A DNA stretch of 64,000 nucleotides from Adineta vaga (taxonomy: Eukaryota > Animalia > Rotifera), in contig CP075495.1 in assembly GCA_021613535.1 (NCBI GenBank), positions 620,001-684,000 on the forward strand, given 5' to 3'. The position numbers and the translations under genes are program-made. This document shows positions 26,164 to 40,990 of this stretch, piece by piece. The notes below the pieces were generated by a model, which was not told where the DNA came from, searched no databases, and was given only the letters and a program-made list of their open reading frames with translations. Position 1 is the stretch's first letter. Every line of letters starts with the position of its first letter.

Positions 26164-27072
26164 ATTTGTATATGTCTTTAGAAATGAAACCTTGTTCGAA
26201 TAATTTATTAATATAAAAAATAATGTTTCTATTTATGATATTGTTTATGTTTTTCGAGACATCATATAATGAATTGTTGTTGGATGGAAAAATATTGTTC
26301 GTGATATGCTTATTTTCTTTCATTGACATTACTTTTTTGTTTCTTAGTCATATTTCTATCGTTGTGTGTAGAAAACAAAAGCGAAACAATATGAGTTTTT
26401 CATTTTTTCATTGAAAATCATATTTTTCTCATTTGTTCGAAAGACATTCAACGAAATCTCGAGATATATATGTATATAGATCAAAAACTGATAATATACA
26501 TTTTACTAAAGTTGAAAAATCATTAAAAAAAGCAAAAGAGATGTCCTTGTATATATGATCATATACGTTGACTAATAAGCGTAAACTATTCTCCTTGTAT
26601 CTTCAAATGTTCATCAACATACAAATTGAAGAGAAAAGTATAATGACATTGAGATAATTTGAATTAATTTAAATGGAAGAAAAGAAAGAAAGAAAGAAAC
26701 GTTTTCTTTCTTCTATTTTCTTTATATATTTATCATAATGAGGTATCATTTCTTTCTTATTCAAACAAATTTTCGATCGTAAATTGTTGTCCTGGATATA
26801 ATACGAAAGGATTCTCGAATTAGATAAAAAAAAGCAATTTTATCATGTAAATCTTCTTTGACAAATATGATTTTATCCGTCAACTTCGTCTAGTTATCGT
26901 AGTCAAACATTAGTTAGCACGTGAAGTCAATCTCAACGGATGATGAATCCAAACAAAAGTTTTCATTAAACTAAGTAGGAGATAACCATGAAATTGAATG
27001 AATAAGTTTTTCTTTTCTTATAATTCTTTCAACATCATATTATAGAAGAAAAAGAAAGAAGATATATCGAAT

Positions 27073-28146
27073 ATGTCAAATTTAACAAGTTATTTTACTT
27101 TAGTAAATCAATCATTAAATCGTTATGGTCCAATTCCACTTCTTTTATTTGGTACAATTGGAAGTCTTTTGAATTTATTAATTTTTACACGTAAAATTTT
27201 TCGAAATAATATTTGTGTAATTTATTTCTTAGCTTCAACTATTTCGGATATATTTATGATTGCATCTGGTCTTCTTTCTCGTGTTCTTAATGGATTTGGT
27301 TATGATCTTGCTCAAAATATTTCAATATTATGTAAATTAAGAATATTTACAACATATTATACGGGTTATGCAGCTGCTTGGTTTATTAGTTTTGCTTGTA
27401 TTGAACGTTATCTTAGTTCATCAACAAATGTACGAAAACGACAATTTGTAACAATGAAAAATACATTTATTTCAATTCTTTTTATTCTTTTATTTGGTTT
27501 TATTGCATTTGGTGAACAATTCTATTGTATGGATATAAATCAACATTTATTAGGTGGGCCACAATCATGTTATCAATTACAATTAAATATTTATTGTCAA
27601 ATTGCTGATAGTTTATTACAATTTTTCTTTCAAATACTTACACCAACAATAATGATGATTATTTTTGGTTTATTAATTGTACGAAATGTTCGTCGAAAAC
27701 ATATGCGAGTTGATATTGGACAACAAACAAATACAATTGCTTTGTCAATAGAAAAACATCGTCCTTTACATGAAGGAGAATATTTGAGAAGAAAATCAAC
27801 GATTACAATTGAATTTAATCGAACAACACAAAAACGTGATGCACAATTAATTACAATGTTACTTATTCAAGTAAATCAAATGATTTTCAATAGTTTTAAT
27901 TGTTGCTTTTTTTTTCTTTAGGTTATTTATTTTATAATCTCATCATTTCCAATTAGTGTTTATAAATTTTATGCCATTGCAACATTTCATGATCCGAGAT
28001 CGTCTCTTCAAAGATCTATTGAAAATACGATCTTTATTCTTTGTGTTTTAAGTTTATTTTCAAATAATTGTGTTAATTTTTATATTTATACTCTTTCTGG
28101 AGCAGTTTTTCGTAAAGAATTCATTAAATTATTTCGATTTAATTAA
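27073..28146 (+). CDS. Rhodopsin-like (class A) GPCR (exons 27073-27870, 27922-28146)
   Basis: GTIGSLLN (TM1), YFLAS..SD (TM2), CK.R...CIERY (TM3, DRY-like). Exon 2 supplies TM6-7 with NFYIYTLSGAVFRKE. Confidence 0.88.
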
Positions 28147-28456
28147 TCTTAATTATATTCATCAATGTTGTCATTGTAATTATAAACAATTCCTTTGATT
28201 CGAATAAAAGAAATTTCGATGGATTTTCTAACGTTGCTTTTATTCTTTCTGAGTAATTTATTTGTTGATTTGTTAAAAGATAAATAAATTCCATTTAATC
28301 CTTCGAGTTTGTTTGATTTTATATTACGAATTCTCTTTGCAATCGATGATTTTTCCAACAATGAAATATTTTTTGTTGACTTTGACTCATGTTTGTTTAA
28401 AATACTCAAATGCATCGACAGACATTTCATTCTTTTACCAACTTCAATTCAAACAA

Positions 28457-30710
28457 ATGGCAACGGCTAACAACACAAAACAATGTTTCAAATGTTTGAA
28501 ATATAAAAAAATTATAATTCAGTGTCAAGGTTGTTCAAAGGAATTTTGTCAACAAGATTTCAAAGGACATCAAGAATCATTAAATGAAGAATTACATCTT
28601 ATTATCAATGATTATGATCAATTTAGAGATACGATAAACGATCAAAAACAAAATCCACAAAATCATTCACTAATAAAACAAATTGATCAATGGGAAACAA
28701 ATTCCATTCAAATTATTCAACAAACAGCGGAAAAATGTCGACAAAATGTTATTGAACATTCCAAAACATCTCTTAGAAACATCGAACAAAAGTTAAGCGA
28801 ATTAGGTGAACAAATCAAAGAAATTCAACGAGAAAATGAATTTAATGAAATTGATTTGAATGAATTAAGAGGAAAATTAAATCAAATGACTGAAGAACTA
28901 AATAATCCATCAAATATTTCAATTCAAGAACATTGTCAAGGATTTATTAATGAAATATCAGTTATTTCAAGAAAGAGTAAGTTGAAAGTTTTCAATTCTT
29001 ATTTTATTGAAATGAAAAACTGATTTAAAACTGATGTCTAAAAAAGATCTTTATTTTCTAATGAAGAACAAAAAGACAAATCAAATTAATACAATTTAGT
29101 TTTATGTTCTTCATTCGAATGATTACGAGAAACTTTGATATTTCGTGTTCAAAGGGTAACAATAACTGAAAAATGTTGTCTTTAAATAGATTAATTTAGT
29201 CTTTTCTTCTTTATTTTATTTTATCATATTTACAATCATAAATATTTCATTTTGGATCTTTAGTTCAATTAAACATATGTAAAATAATGATGAATTGAGT
29301 AAGGAGAGAGAGAAAATAAATATGTCAATGTGCATTTATATATTACTAAATCTTTTATAGAACACTAAAATGAACAAAAAAAGATTCGAAAATTATCTAA
29401 AATCTGAGAAAAACGCAAAGATTTTATATTATTATTATTAATTCATTTTTTTATTCGAATCTTCAGAAAAAATAAAAACATTTTTATTGATTTTCAAATT
29501 TCGAATTATTTTTCGTTCATTAAATTATAATAATCAATTGAAAAGATGTTTTTCTTCGTTTTCATAATTTAATTTTCGATGAAATCAAAGATTTCCTCTT
29601 TACTTTTAATTCAAAATCAAACTGAATTTCTAAACGAAAATTAAATTAAAAAAAAAATTTTTGATTTTTATCTCAAACTTCATGAAATTCGAAATGATTT
29701 TATTCAAAGCAAATTTCTTTTTCTTTGTTTTCAATTTTTAGTTGATTGAAAAACGAAAAAATAAACTTTTCATTTTCTTTTTCACAAATCTTTTTTCTTT
29801 TCTTTGTTTAGAAACGAAATTTCAACAAAATGGAACAATTGTTGCGGGAGGAAATGGAGAAGGAAATCAATTAAATCAACTCTATTGTCCTGGAGGAATC
29901 TTTGTTGATGAAAACAAAAACATTTTCATTGCTGATTGTGACAATCATCGTATTGTTGAATGGAAATGTGATGAAAAACAAGGACAAATCATTGCAGGTG
30001 GAAATGGACAAGGAGAGAGAATAGATCAATTGAATTTGCCAACAGATGTGATTGTTGATCAACAAAATCATTCAATCATCATTGCTGATCAAGGGAACAG
30101 ACGAGTGATGCGATGGTCAAGAGATCAAAAACAACAAATTCTCATTCAAAATATTGAATGTTGGGGTTTAACAATGGATCAACATGGATTTATTTATGTT
30201 TCTGACCGACAGAAGAATGAAGTGAGAAAATGGAAGTTAGAAAAGATTAATGAAAACAAAGAAGGAATATTAGTTGCAGGTGGAAATGGAAAAGGAAATC
30301 AAAGAAATCAATTCAATTGTCCTACTCACATCTTTGTTGATAAAGATCAATCTCTTTATGTTTCAGATTGGGATAATCATCGTGTGATGAAATGGAGAAA
30401 AGATGCGAAGGAAGGAATTGTTGTGGCTGGAGGAAATGATGAAGGAAACAATCTCAATCAATTGAATTATCCTGAAGGATTGTTTGTTGATGAATGGAAT
30501 CAAATCTATGTGGCAGATTGTGATAATCATCGAATAATGCGATGGTGTGAAGGAGATGAAGAAGGGGAGATTGTTGTTGGTGGAAATGGTAAAGGAAGTG
30601 AATCAAATCAATTGGATTGTCCTTCTGGTTTATCATTTGATTTAGAAGGAAATCTTTATGTTTCAGATTGGAGAAATCATCGAATTGTTCGATTTGATAA
30701 AATTCATTGA
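28457..30710 (+). CDS. Gene C: B-box-like zinc finger + coiled coil + NHL propeller (RING-less TRIM-NHL-like), 472 aa (exons 28457-28976, 29812-30710)
   Basis: CFKC-x10-CQGC-x4-C-x2-D-x3-H is followed by a heptad-rich Q/E/K region. The phase-1 donor A|GTAAGT is in frame with the NHL acceptor. Confidence 0.87.
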
Positions 30711-31992
30711 AATGAACTTTGCATTTGAAACGAAAAGATTTGATAAAAAACGATTTTTGTTGATTTGATTTTGATTTTAAAAAAGAAAAAAGATTTTTTT
30801 CGAAATAAAATTGAGAAAATCTTTTTGTTTTTTTTTGTAAAAACTTAATGAATAAGGAGCGAAATTGTCGATTTGTTTCGATGAAATTCTTTTGTTAATC
30901 TGAAGTGAAATTTGGTAGAAGAAATGTTTCGGTTTGATAAAAATGTTTGTCAAATCAAATCTTGAAAAGTTCTCAAAATTTCTCATTGAACAAATGAAAA
31001 TCAATGAAAAGATTTTCTCGAGGTTTTTCTCATCGAAATTTTATTTCTTTCAAAGTGATTTTAATGAGAAATGAAATGAAATTGATTTTCGAAGATTTTG
31101 AAAAAGAAAAACAAAACGATCGAGGAAGAAAAATAATTTTAATATGAAAACGAAGATAATTTGTAAATTGATTTGTAAAATGATCAATTCTTTAAAAGAA
31201 AATTTCGAATATTTATAAAATAAATCAACAATCGATTTTGAAATGAAAAGTTCAATTATTTTAACAAGGAAAAACATAATTAAGAAGAAATGTTTTCGAA
31301 CTAAAAGATGTATTAATTAGTGACGAAAACATTGATCTCACTTGAAGATTCTCTAGCATTCTCTATGAAAATCAAAGACATTAATCGAATTCTATGATGA
31401 GATATTCAATGAAGTTTTTCAGTTCAATTAAGTTCAAAATGATTTAAATTTTCATCAGAAATTGTTTTGATTAATTCTCGAACACGTTGAATGTTTGCAG
31501 TTCGATAAATCTGTTTTTCAGTTAAAATATTGGATGCATTTATTTAGAATTATTAATATTATTCTCTTTTTTCAATTTTCGATGAAAAAGAAATATTTCA
31601 AATAACTTTTGATAAAAATATTCGTGATAATGAAAGGATAATAACATTATTTAAATAAAAATATGTTGTGTTCTTTATTAATTTCTTTTATTCATTTTAA
31701 TTTCACTGAAAATCAATTTAACTTATAACGATTTTTTACAAAATAATTTCGACATGATTAATAATTACATCGCAAATTTTTCTTTTATCTCTTATGAAAA
31801 TTCATTTCAAAATCGTAGATAAAAAATTATTACTCGTTAAATTCAACCTTAGAAGTATTTGTATATTCATAAATAGAAATAATTAATATCATCTTGTTTT
31901 ATTCCAAAATATAAATCAGATCTTAATCTATTCTTTTCAATTGATTCGATTATATTCTTAATCTAATGTTGTTATAATGTTTGAATGATATA

Positions 31993-32892
31993 CAGATTGA
32001 TTACAATTATTTTGAATAGTTTTCCTTAGTGTTTATTCTTTTTAAATGGAACATCAGTTGCTCTATCGAAATTGACTATTTCGATTTTATTTATCATTGT
32101 TTCTAGTCTAAAAATTTTAGTAGTTATAGAAAGACACTAAAAATACCATGTTTGCACTTTTGGTGAATTCATACAGTGTGTTTTGTTCTTATTTTATATC
32201 TTCGAATAGATTTTGTTAATAAACAAAATAAACCAAAAAATCTCTTTAGATTACACAAGAATATAGTTTAATGTCTTTTTTGATTTCAAACAGAAAAAAC
32301 CTGTAATTTTATTTCAATAAAAAATTCTTTTTCTCAAGTATAAGATATATCTCTACATAATTTTTAATTTTTATCGTCTGATACATTTTTAGAAAAAAGC
32401 TAAATACCCCATGTGATCTTAAATGAAAAGCTCTACAAACTACGCTATGAAGCATATTGTGATCGATTTAAAAAAGTTCAAGAAATGATGTGAGATTATA
32501 ATACGTGTACATTGAATATTTCATTAATGGAATTTTAATTGATTTTAAAAACAAAATGCGCAAATGTAAGATCATTAAATTTATATAAGTCAAAGAGTTT
32601 TTCACGGCGCATCTTCTGGTACATTTTGATTTTCCTACGACATATTGAATAAGATAATAAAATTTAAAAAGATACGTAAATTTTATATTATTTTAACTAA
32701 AAATGCAAACATTGTGTTTTTAGTGTGTTTCTGTAACTACTAATTTTTTTAGACTAGAAATAAAGATAATAAAATGGAAATAATCAATTTCAATAGAGTA
32801 ACTGATGTTCTATACAACTATATGAGAATAAGAAAAAAAGGTGATGTTTCAGTTAAGAAGAATAAACTATTAAAAATAATATAATCAACTTG
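31993..32892. mobile_element. Non-autonomous DNA transposon/MITE, Tc1-mariner-like, ~900 bp
   Basis: Long imperfect inverted arms (32049-32156 vs 32704-32810). Outer termini are TA|CAGATTGATT ... AATCAACTTG|TA, consistent with a TA target duplication. No transposase ORF. Confidence 0.7.
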
Positions 32893-35800
32893 TACATAAC
32901 AATCGAGTTGTTTCATCATTAATATTATTTCAACTGAAATACATAGAGTCGTTCGTATCTATATCAAATCCTATGCACATAGTGAAAATTCGTAATATTA
33001 TTCTTAAAGTATTATATTCTTTTGAAGATTAATTGTTGTAATATTCTAGATAAAATCAAATCAATTTGATAAGATAATGAATAGTTTAAAACAATTCTTC
33101 TTTCTTTATCATCAATTGCATTGTTTTTATAGATTTATTATAATTATTCTCTACAGAAGATTTCAAAAATATAAAAAATCCAGATAAATTTCCTTTATTT
33201 TTTAGTACTGTGTTTATTAATTGTTTTCCAACTACTCCATTAATTCTCTTATCTTCCAGATTTAATTCATTTAATGATTAAATTATACTAATCAAATATT
33301 GTATTTCTTGATTATACAATAGATTAAAATTCAAATCAATAAAAAAAAAGAAACATTGTTTATTTATTGTGATTTGATAGAGAACTTTTGTTAAACATTT
33401 TTCTACTTCCGAAAAAGATATAATTTCTTTCTAAAATTTTTGTAGATTGATGTTCATAACAATATCTTTGTATTGATTTATCTAATCTATAATCTTTTCT
33501 TATCTTATTAATTGTTAATTCATATTACACAAAAAAGTTGATTATTCTATTTGTGATTCGAATACTTTTTAGATCTAATTTAATGATTATCTGTTTTTAA
33601 TAGAATAGAAAATTAATCTTTGAAATATTATTTTATACAATGTATCAATGAATAATTGTATCTAATATGAATAAAAGAAATCTTTATCGAATTATGTAGA
33701 AACATATGAAAATCAATATTTTCTTTATTAAAAAAGAATAATTTTACTTCATATTTTCTTGTATCATTGATTCAATTTCCTTTTATCAATGTTTAAATTA
33801 TATAAAATATAATACAAATGAATTTCTTTTTAATTTATTAAAGATCAAATTTTAACAAATATTTGAAATGATTTTTATAATTATATAGAAAATATGAATA
33901 GAATTTGATATTTACGTTATGTATCAATAACTTTTGATTGATTATAGAAAGATCATTCGAATGTATTTTCTTTTAAAAGATTTCGATTATTTCTTTTCAT
34001 TGTCAAAATGATTCATATCGAAATGAAATTATACAAATGATTTTCAATATGATTTTGAATTTTATTTAATAAAAAATCGAGTATTATCAATATCTTCTGA
34101 AAATAAATGAAATTAATAAGAAGAAATACTTCATTGTATTAGATTTAATAATACATCAAATAATAATTGTGTATCTTCATCACAAAGATCAAGAAATCAA
34201 ATAATTAAATATGTCTATAGATAAAAGTTTTTTCATAAAGTTTATCTGAAACGAATGAATTTACTCGATTATATTTCAATGCAAAAATAATATGTTTTAT
34301 ACTTATGTATCATTATAAAGTATTGTGATCGAAATTGAAATTTATTAAATATCTATGAACAAACATTGAATTAATTAATAATATAATAAATAAATTCTAT
34401 GAAGATTCAATGTTAATTTTATCGATATGTTTTATAAATTTATCTCAATTATTTTAATTTCACAAGGAAATTTAAATAAAGATAATTTTCATGTTTTCAT
34501 AATAGTTCTAAACACATTTCATATTCTTCAAACAGAGTCTTCGATTGTATCAAAATATGTTCAAATAAAAACATTCAACACTGTCTAATTATTCACTTCG
34601 TATGAACCATTAAAAGTAATAATAAAAAGATCCTATTTATCGAATGACCAATTTTGATCAGACAGATCACTGTGATAAGAAAGAAGACAACGATAGAGTT
34701 GAACATGATTTGATAATGGGAGAAATCTGATGGATCTTTGCAAAGATCTGAGAAAATTGATTATTTTGTCGATTTGATCTTTTTTCTTGATGTATTGATT
34801 ATATCGATAAATTCTAAAAGAAATCATTCATCTTGATGATAATCGAATTTTAGAAAGAAGATATTCAATTACAAACGATAGAAGAATATATTTAGAAATA
34901 AAATTGTCAATGATCTTACGAGATCAACTATCGAATATCATTCAAATACATATTTTGACATATCAATGCCATGTGTAGATGAAGTCGAATCCATCTTATT
35001 ACAGATTTATGTGAAGAAAAGATTCTTCACTTTGATAAAAACTTCTGGAAATGTTCTCAATTTTACTGAATTGTACCTAGAATTAAAATATACATTGGTA
35101 TATATTTTCTCATCGGTATCTTATTGATATAAGATTATACACAAGTTTATTTCTTAATTCAATTTAATGAAATACTTTGAATATCATAAACTCGTCATAT
35201 CCATTGTTTTTTTTTCAACATTTAATTCTCAAAAAAATTGACAAAAATAATATTAGTTTACAGAGAACAAGTCTGGGAAAGGGTAAGTTTTTGTAATGAT
35301 TTTCTATATTAGTATCGATCTTTGTAATAGGAACATGTTTCTTTTCGTAAATTCTCGAAAGAAAAAAAAATAAACAAAAGAAAATATTTATATTGATAAT
35401 GATAAGAATTAAGAACATATCATAATCTCTTTTTATACGATTCATCTTCTACGTTCTATTTTTTTCATCGATACTTTATAGAGTTGTTGCACAAGTCCAC
35501 GATGTTATGATTTGCATAATAAGTAAAAAGAAAAACATAACGAAAAATATCTCATGTTATTTTATCAAAGAATAAAACTAGACGGATATATTATTAATTT
35601 ATGCGAATAGCACAAAAATGAATTTTGAGATAAATACATAGAGTATGATTGACCATGTTCTGTTCTTACAGAATCCGTTCGATTTATAAATCAATATCTT
35701 TGCAGATTGTCAAATTTTTCGAGATTTCTATTTTCTATAGACGAGTGAAATTTGAAGGATTTTTAGAGCATAAAATTGATTAATAGATGACACGATGTAA

Positions 35801-37869
35801 CTTAAGAAATTCTGTGAATGTTTGTGTTGTTAGCATAAACTAGTAATACTTCACAATATATGATTGTTAATTACAAAGGAGAGTAACGAAACATTTACTG
35901 AATGGATTCGAACAACCTATTACTCGATTAGTAACCGATTGCGTTTACTACTTAAACCACAAGAACACATCATATATGAATATATCATTTAATTTGTTCT
36001 ATTTTCAAAATGATAAGGATTAAAGTTACAGATCTTTTCAGCTAATTCGTAATTATAAACATCCTTTTTAGAAGAGGTTGTTCATTATTACAAATGTCTA
36101 CGAATATCTAAGATACCAATACTTTAGTTCGATAGTTTTGTTTCAATAATGAAAACACAAAACAAATCGAGAAGAAAAACTATTTATTTCCTTTTCTTTC
36201 TAAGTATAAAATCAATTCTTCTTCTCAAATAAATAATTTTACCCTATTCGTTAAAATCTCGATAGTTCAGTATGAAAACATTAATGAAATTCCCTTGTAA
36301 TCGAATATGGAAAATGGTACAAACAAGAACTATAATAGTCAATTGTTTATCTAATTTACATCAAACAAGTAGATTTGTTCGAATAATTTATGTTCGGACA
36401 TCTCCATCAGACATTATTTCATAGATCATTACAAAAACATTAATCAATATAAGAAAATATTCATAAATATGATATTGCATGTGAAGTAAAGAGAATAGAA
36501 ATGATTATTGGGATATATTGAGTTAATCAAATATTTGATCATTGTTATCATCGTGAAACGTGAAGAAGTAACTAAATATTGAACAATAATTGACTGGAAA
36601 TACCATCGAAATAATAATAAAGAAGGAAAGAAAGAAAAGAACTATTGACGTAATTCAAATATTCCGATTCTCCGATCGAGATTATTCATGATGATAAAAA
36701 TCATTGAATTAAATCGAATTCACAAGAATATCCATCATCTATTTATTACTAAAGAAAATAATTAATTAAAAATAAACAACGTTGTCGGTATTTCTTTCAA
36801 ATGAGTTTTATATTGAATGTATCAGAACTATTGTCGATACATTTTAGTAACATTTAATATAAAATTATTTCATGTACATAAAATAAGAATATACATGAAG
36901 AAAATAGAAAAGAATAATGTTTCCATTCGTTTTCAATCAAATTGACTTGATTTATCGTAGAATAATAAATAAATATCGAATATATTTCTCACTAATTATT
37001 ATTCTCATCCAAATTTAAATGTTATCAAATGTTTATATGATCAACGAGACTAATATTGTCATTTCATATTCTATAATCATCAAATCTTTATCAATTTCAA
37101 TTAAATTTTCACAATCATTGATACACAATTCATAGTTAATGTTTGTAGATTATCATAGAAAAATTCTATTATCTAATAAATCACAATTCAAATAATATTT
37201 TCCAAATGTAACTTCTTAAATGTCTTCATACTGAAGAAAACATTGCTTTTCGAGAGAAAATAAGTATTTTCTTTATTTTATCGTACTTCATGAATTTGAA
37301 TTTCATTTCTTTTAACATATTCAAATAAGTTAATGTCTAAATGGAATGAAATAAAGATGAGATGTATAATCATCTATCAATTTGTATAAATTTTAGTTTA
37401 TTAACTAAATAATTCTACGGTTACACAAATTCGATATGTTGTTCAAAAGTTCTACTTTCATCTCTTGGACAACATTAATGACATGTTCTTTGATTTCAGC
37501 ATTATTTCCATAAATTTCAACATATAAATTCATCAATATCTCTTTTGAAATATTGAAAAAAAGAAGGTTTTATAAATTGTAAAAGTAAGTTTATATTTCT
37601 GTTGATTTTTAATTCAAAAACGATACTTTTGTATTCGTTCACATTCGATGTGACTGATATTTCAGAAATCAAATATCATTTTATATTGACACAAGAAATG
37701 ATTTTAATGAAAATACATTCAATATTTTCTTCTGAATTTCATTGTTCGTTTTATGACGAAATTATCCAAAAGGAAAGATGGATTTTAAGGTAAAAGATCA
37801 GAAATTGGTATCTTGACCACTCAAAGATTAATTAATTATTAATTCGAACTATTTTATAGTTATAATATT

Positions 37870-40800
37870 AAAATTTAATTCTTGGGAAAACTTTTCTCGA
37901 TATCTTTAGTTTGATTTTGTTATTTTTCAAATTCAACATATTACAGAACAATCATTCTATTCCGAGATTTTGAACATCGTTAAATCAGTTTCAACTGATT
38001 CTCTTAATTTCCCAGTGGGATTCGATTGTGTTCAAACTGATTGATCTCTTATATCAATACAATAAGTAATGGGGATGAGGAAAGAGAATGTGATTCCATG
38101 GAGGAATTCTGAAACTAATTCCACACTGTTCAACATCACAGAATAGAAAATATTCTCTTTATATCGATTCTTTTCATGAAAATAGATAAAACTTTCTTTG
38201 TTAAAACAATGAAAAATACCTTCACTTCTTTTTCAGTTTCAAATTTCTCCAAAACTTCATAATCATTTTTTTAAACGATTCACAGGTTGTTTCATTTCGT
38301 TGATCGATTATTGAAATATCATCTTGAATATGTTCGACCATTTCATTATTGACAATAAAATCGAATTCATCAAAATTCAAGTATCTTTTCTATCCGATTT
38401 CAATCTTTTTTCTTCGTTTTCATTCTTAAAGTTCGTTGAATTTCAACGAAATTACATCGAATTTTTCAAAATCATCGAAAATCAATTTTATTTTATTTCT
38501 CATTGAAAACACTGTGAAATCACTTTGACAGAAACAAAATTATCGAAAACACAAAAAATAAAAGAAAATCTTTGTTATATCGAACATTTTCATCAAATCA
38601 AAACATTTCTTTCGCCTAATTCAAATTAAATTTAACAAAAATCTTTTCGTTTGAAATGCAAAGTTCATTTCAATGAATTTTATCAAATCGAACAATTCGA
38701 TGATTTAGATAATCTGAAACGTAAAGATTTCCTTCTAAATCAAATGATAAACCATAAGGACAACTCAACTGATTTGATTCACTTCCTTCACCATTTCCAC
38801 CAACAACAATCTCCCCTTCTTCATCTCCTTCACACCATCGCATTATTCGATGATTCCACAAATCTGCCACATAGATTTGATTCCATTCATCAACAAACAA
38901 TCCTTGAGGATGATTCAATTGATTGAGATTGTTTCCTTGACCATTTCCTCCAGCCACAACAATTCCTTCCTTCGCATCTTTTCTCCATTTCATCACACGA
39001 TGATTCGAATAATCTGAAACATAAAGAGATTGATCTTTATCAACAAAGATGAACGAAGGCCAGTTGAGTTGATTTCTTTGATTTCCTTTTCCATTTCCAC
39101 CTGCAACTAATATTCCTTCTTTGTTTTCATTAATCTTTTCTAACTTCCATTTTCTCACTTCATCCTTCTTATAATCAGAAACATAAATAAATCCATGTTG
39201 ATCCATTGTTAAACCCCAACATTCAATATTTTGAATGAGAATTTGTTGTTTTTGATCTCTTGACCATCGCATCACTCGGCTGTTCAATAGATCAGCAATG
39301 ATGATTGAATGATTTTGTTGATCAACAATCACATCTGATGGATAATTCAATTGATCTATTCTCTCTCCTTCTCCATTTCCACCTGCAATGATTTGTCCTT
39401 GTTTTTCATCACATTTCCATTCAACAATACGATCATTCACATAATCAGCGATGAAAATGGTTTTGTTTTCATCAACAAAGATTCCAAAAGGATGATAGAG
39501 TTGATTTAATTGATTTCCTTCTCCATTTCCTCCCGCAACAATTGTTCCATTTTGTTGAAATTTCGTTTCTAAACAAAGAAAAGAAAAAAGATTTATGGAA
39601 AAAGAAAATGAAAAGTTTGTTTTTGTTAAAAAAGATAAATTTCTTTGTCGAATTAAATTTTTTGTTTTAAAATTGATTTTCATTTGATTTATTTGAAAAA
39701 AGAAAAGGAAATTTTCAACGAAATTGTTTTATTAAATAATCGAAGATAAAATAAAGAATTTGTAATTTTTGTTGAAATGATCATTTTTTCTTTTAGTTGT
39801 TTTTCTCATTTAATAAAGAAATTTATTTTCGAAAATATTTTGAAATGAAGATAAAGAAAAGATTTAATTAATCGATAATTTTTCATTTTAAATTGAAGAA
39901 AAAAAGAAGATTTTCTATTGAATTTTTAAATCGAATAAAACATTTTCCACTTCAATTTCTAATTAAAAAATAAAATAAATATTTACCACGTTTTGATTTT
40001 GTTGATGTTTTATTATTAGTTGAAATAGATGAATGTTGTTTAGATGAAACTGAAGAATCTAGAAAGAGGAAAAATTTCAATTTAAAATCTCTTTGATATG
40101 ACTACGATTAGAGTTCGAAAGAAAAAAAGGTCTCCATTTTATGAAGATACTCATTACCGAGTAGTTTTCATGTTTTTTTCTCTTAAATAATAACATTGTA
40201 TACGAGTCAAAACGATGTTTTCCTAAAATAATTCTGAATAATAATATTTAACATTATGCTTTTTTATTAAAATAAATATTTTTTAATTTTTATCAAATTA
40301 AGAATATTGTGTAATTGAAAAAAGTGTCGTTTTCTTTTTTATTTCAGATTAGATTATGATTTAACTCTTAATCGTCTAAAATATTCTTTTTATTGTTTAT
40401 AAATAATAAAAACAACAATGTTAAATATTTTATATTTAATTTATAAATCTCTTTTATAAATTCAATTTTTTTTCTCCTAAAAGATAATTTAACGTACGTT
40501 GATATAATTAGATCTTAGTGTTTACATTGATAGATGTACAAACATCGTTAACAAAATGTAGAGAACATCACAGACAAAGTTCTCGAAACTATTCGATATT
40601 AATAAAGCTTTTTTTAACAGAAAAAGAAATTTTATTGTTTAGAAATGAATGCAAATATCAAATCGTTCTTTTCTTCAACTCTCATATTTCGATCTTGTGG
40701 ATGTATTTAGAACTGAACTTCATCGTCAGGCACGTAAACATTCACGTCCTTAACTTGAGAAAGAAATTGCGAAGAGAAAAAAGATTTCTGTTTCGGACAG

Positions 40801-40990
40801 TCGAGGGTCAAGTGAGTCGAACAACGAACGTTACTTGTCCCTTTTATTCTCATTTTTTAGCGTCAAACATATTTTGTTGAAAAATGATTCTCGAAAGTCA
40901 AACATTGTATTTAATTTGATGTCTCAGCAAGGAGGGAAGTGCGAAGCCAGCACGTATCGGATTTTTCAGGTGTTAAGGTGCTCACACTTC
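37870..40990. repeat. Segmental duplication shared with ~49515-52810 (3' flank, NHL exon, intron, linker exon, most of next intron)
   Basis: Near-identical core ~38115-40610 vs ~49805-52310 apart from the NHL variable codons, with more diverged shoulders on both sides. Confidence 0.9.

Noticed and set aside
29742-29811. N-terminal extensions of the NHL ORFs in the ORF track (also 39569-39683, 45359-45428, 51261-51375)
   Set aside because: These are translated intron polypyrimidine tracts upstream of the conserved TTTAG acceptor.
33000-37800. Possible decayed coding sequence in AT-rich tracts (also 21500-23400, 42400-44000, 47100-49500)
   Set aside because: Only scattered protein-like fragments; no frame or family could be reconstructed by eye.
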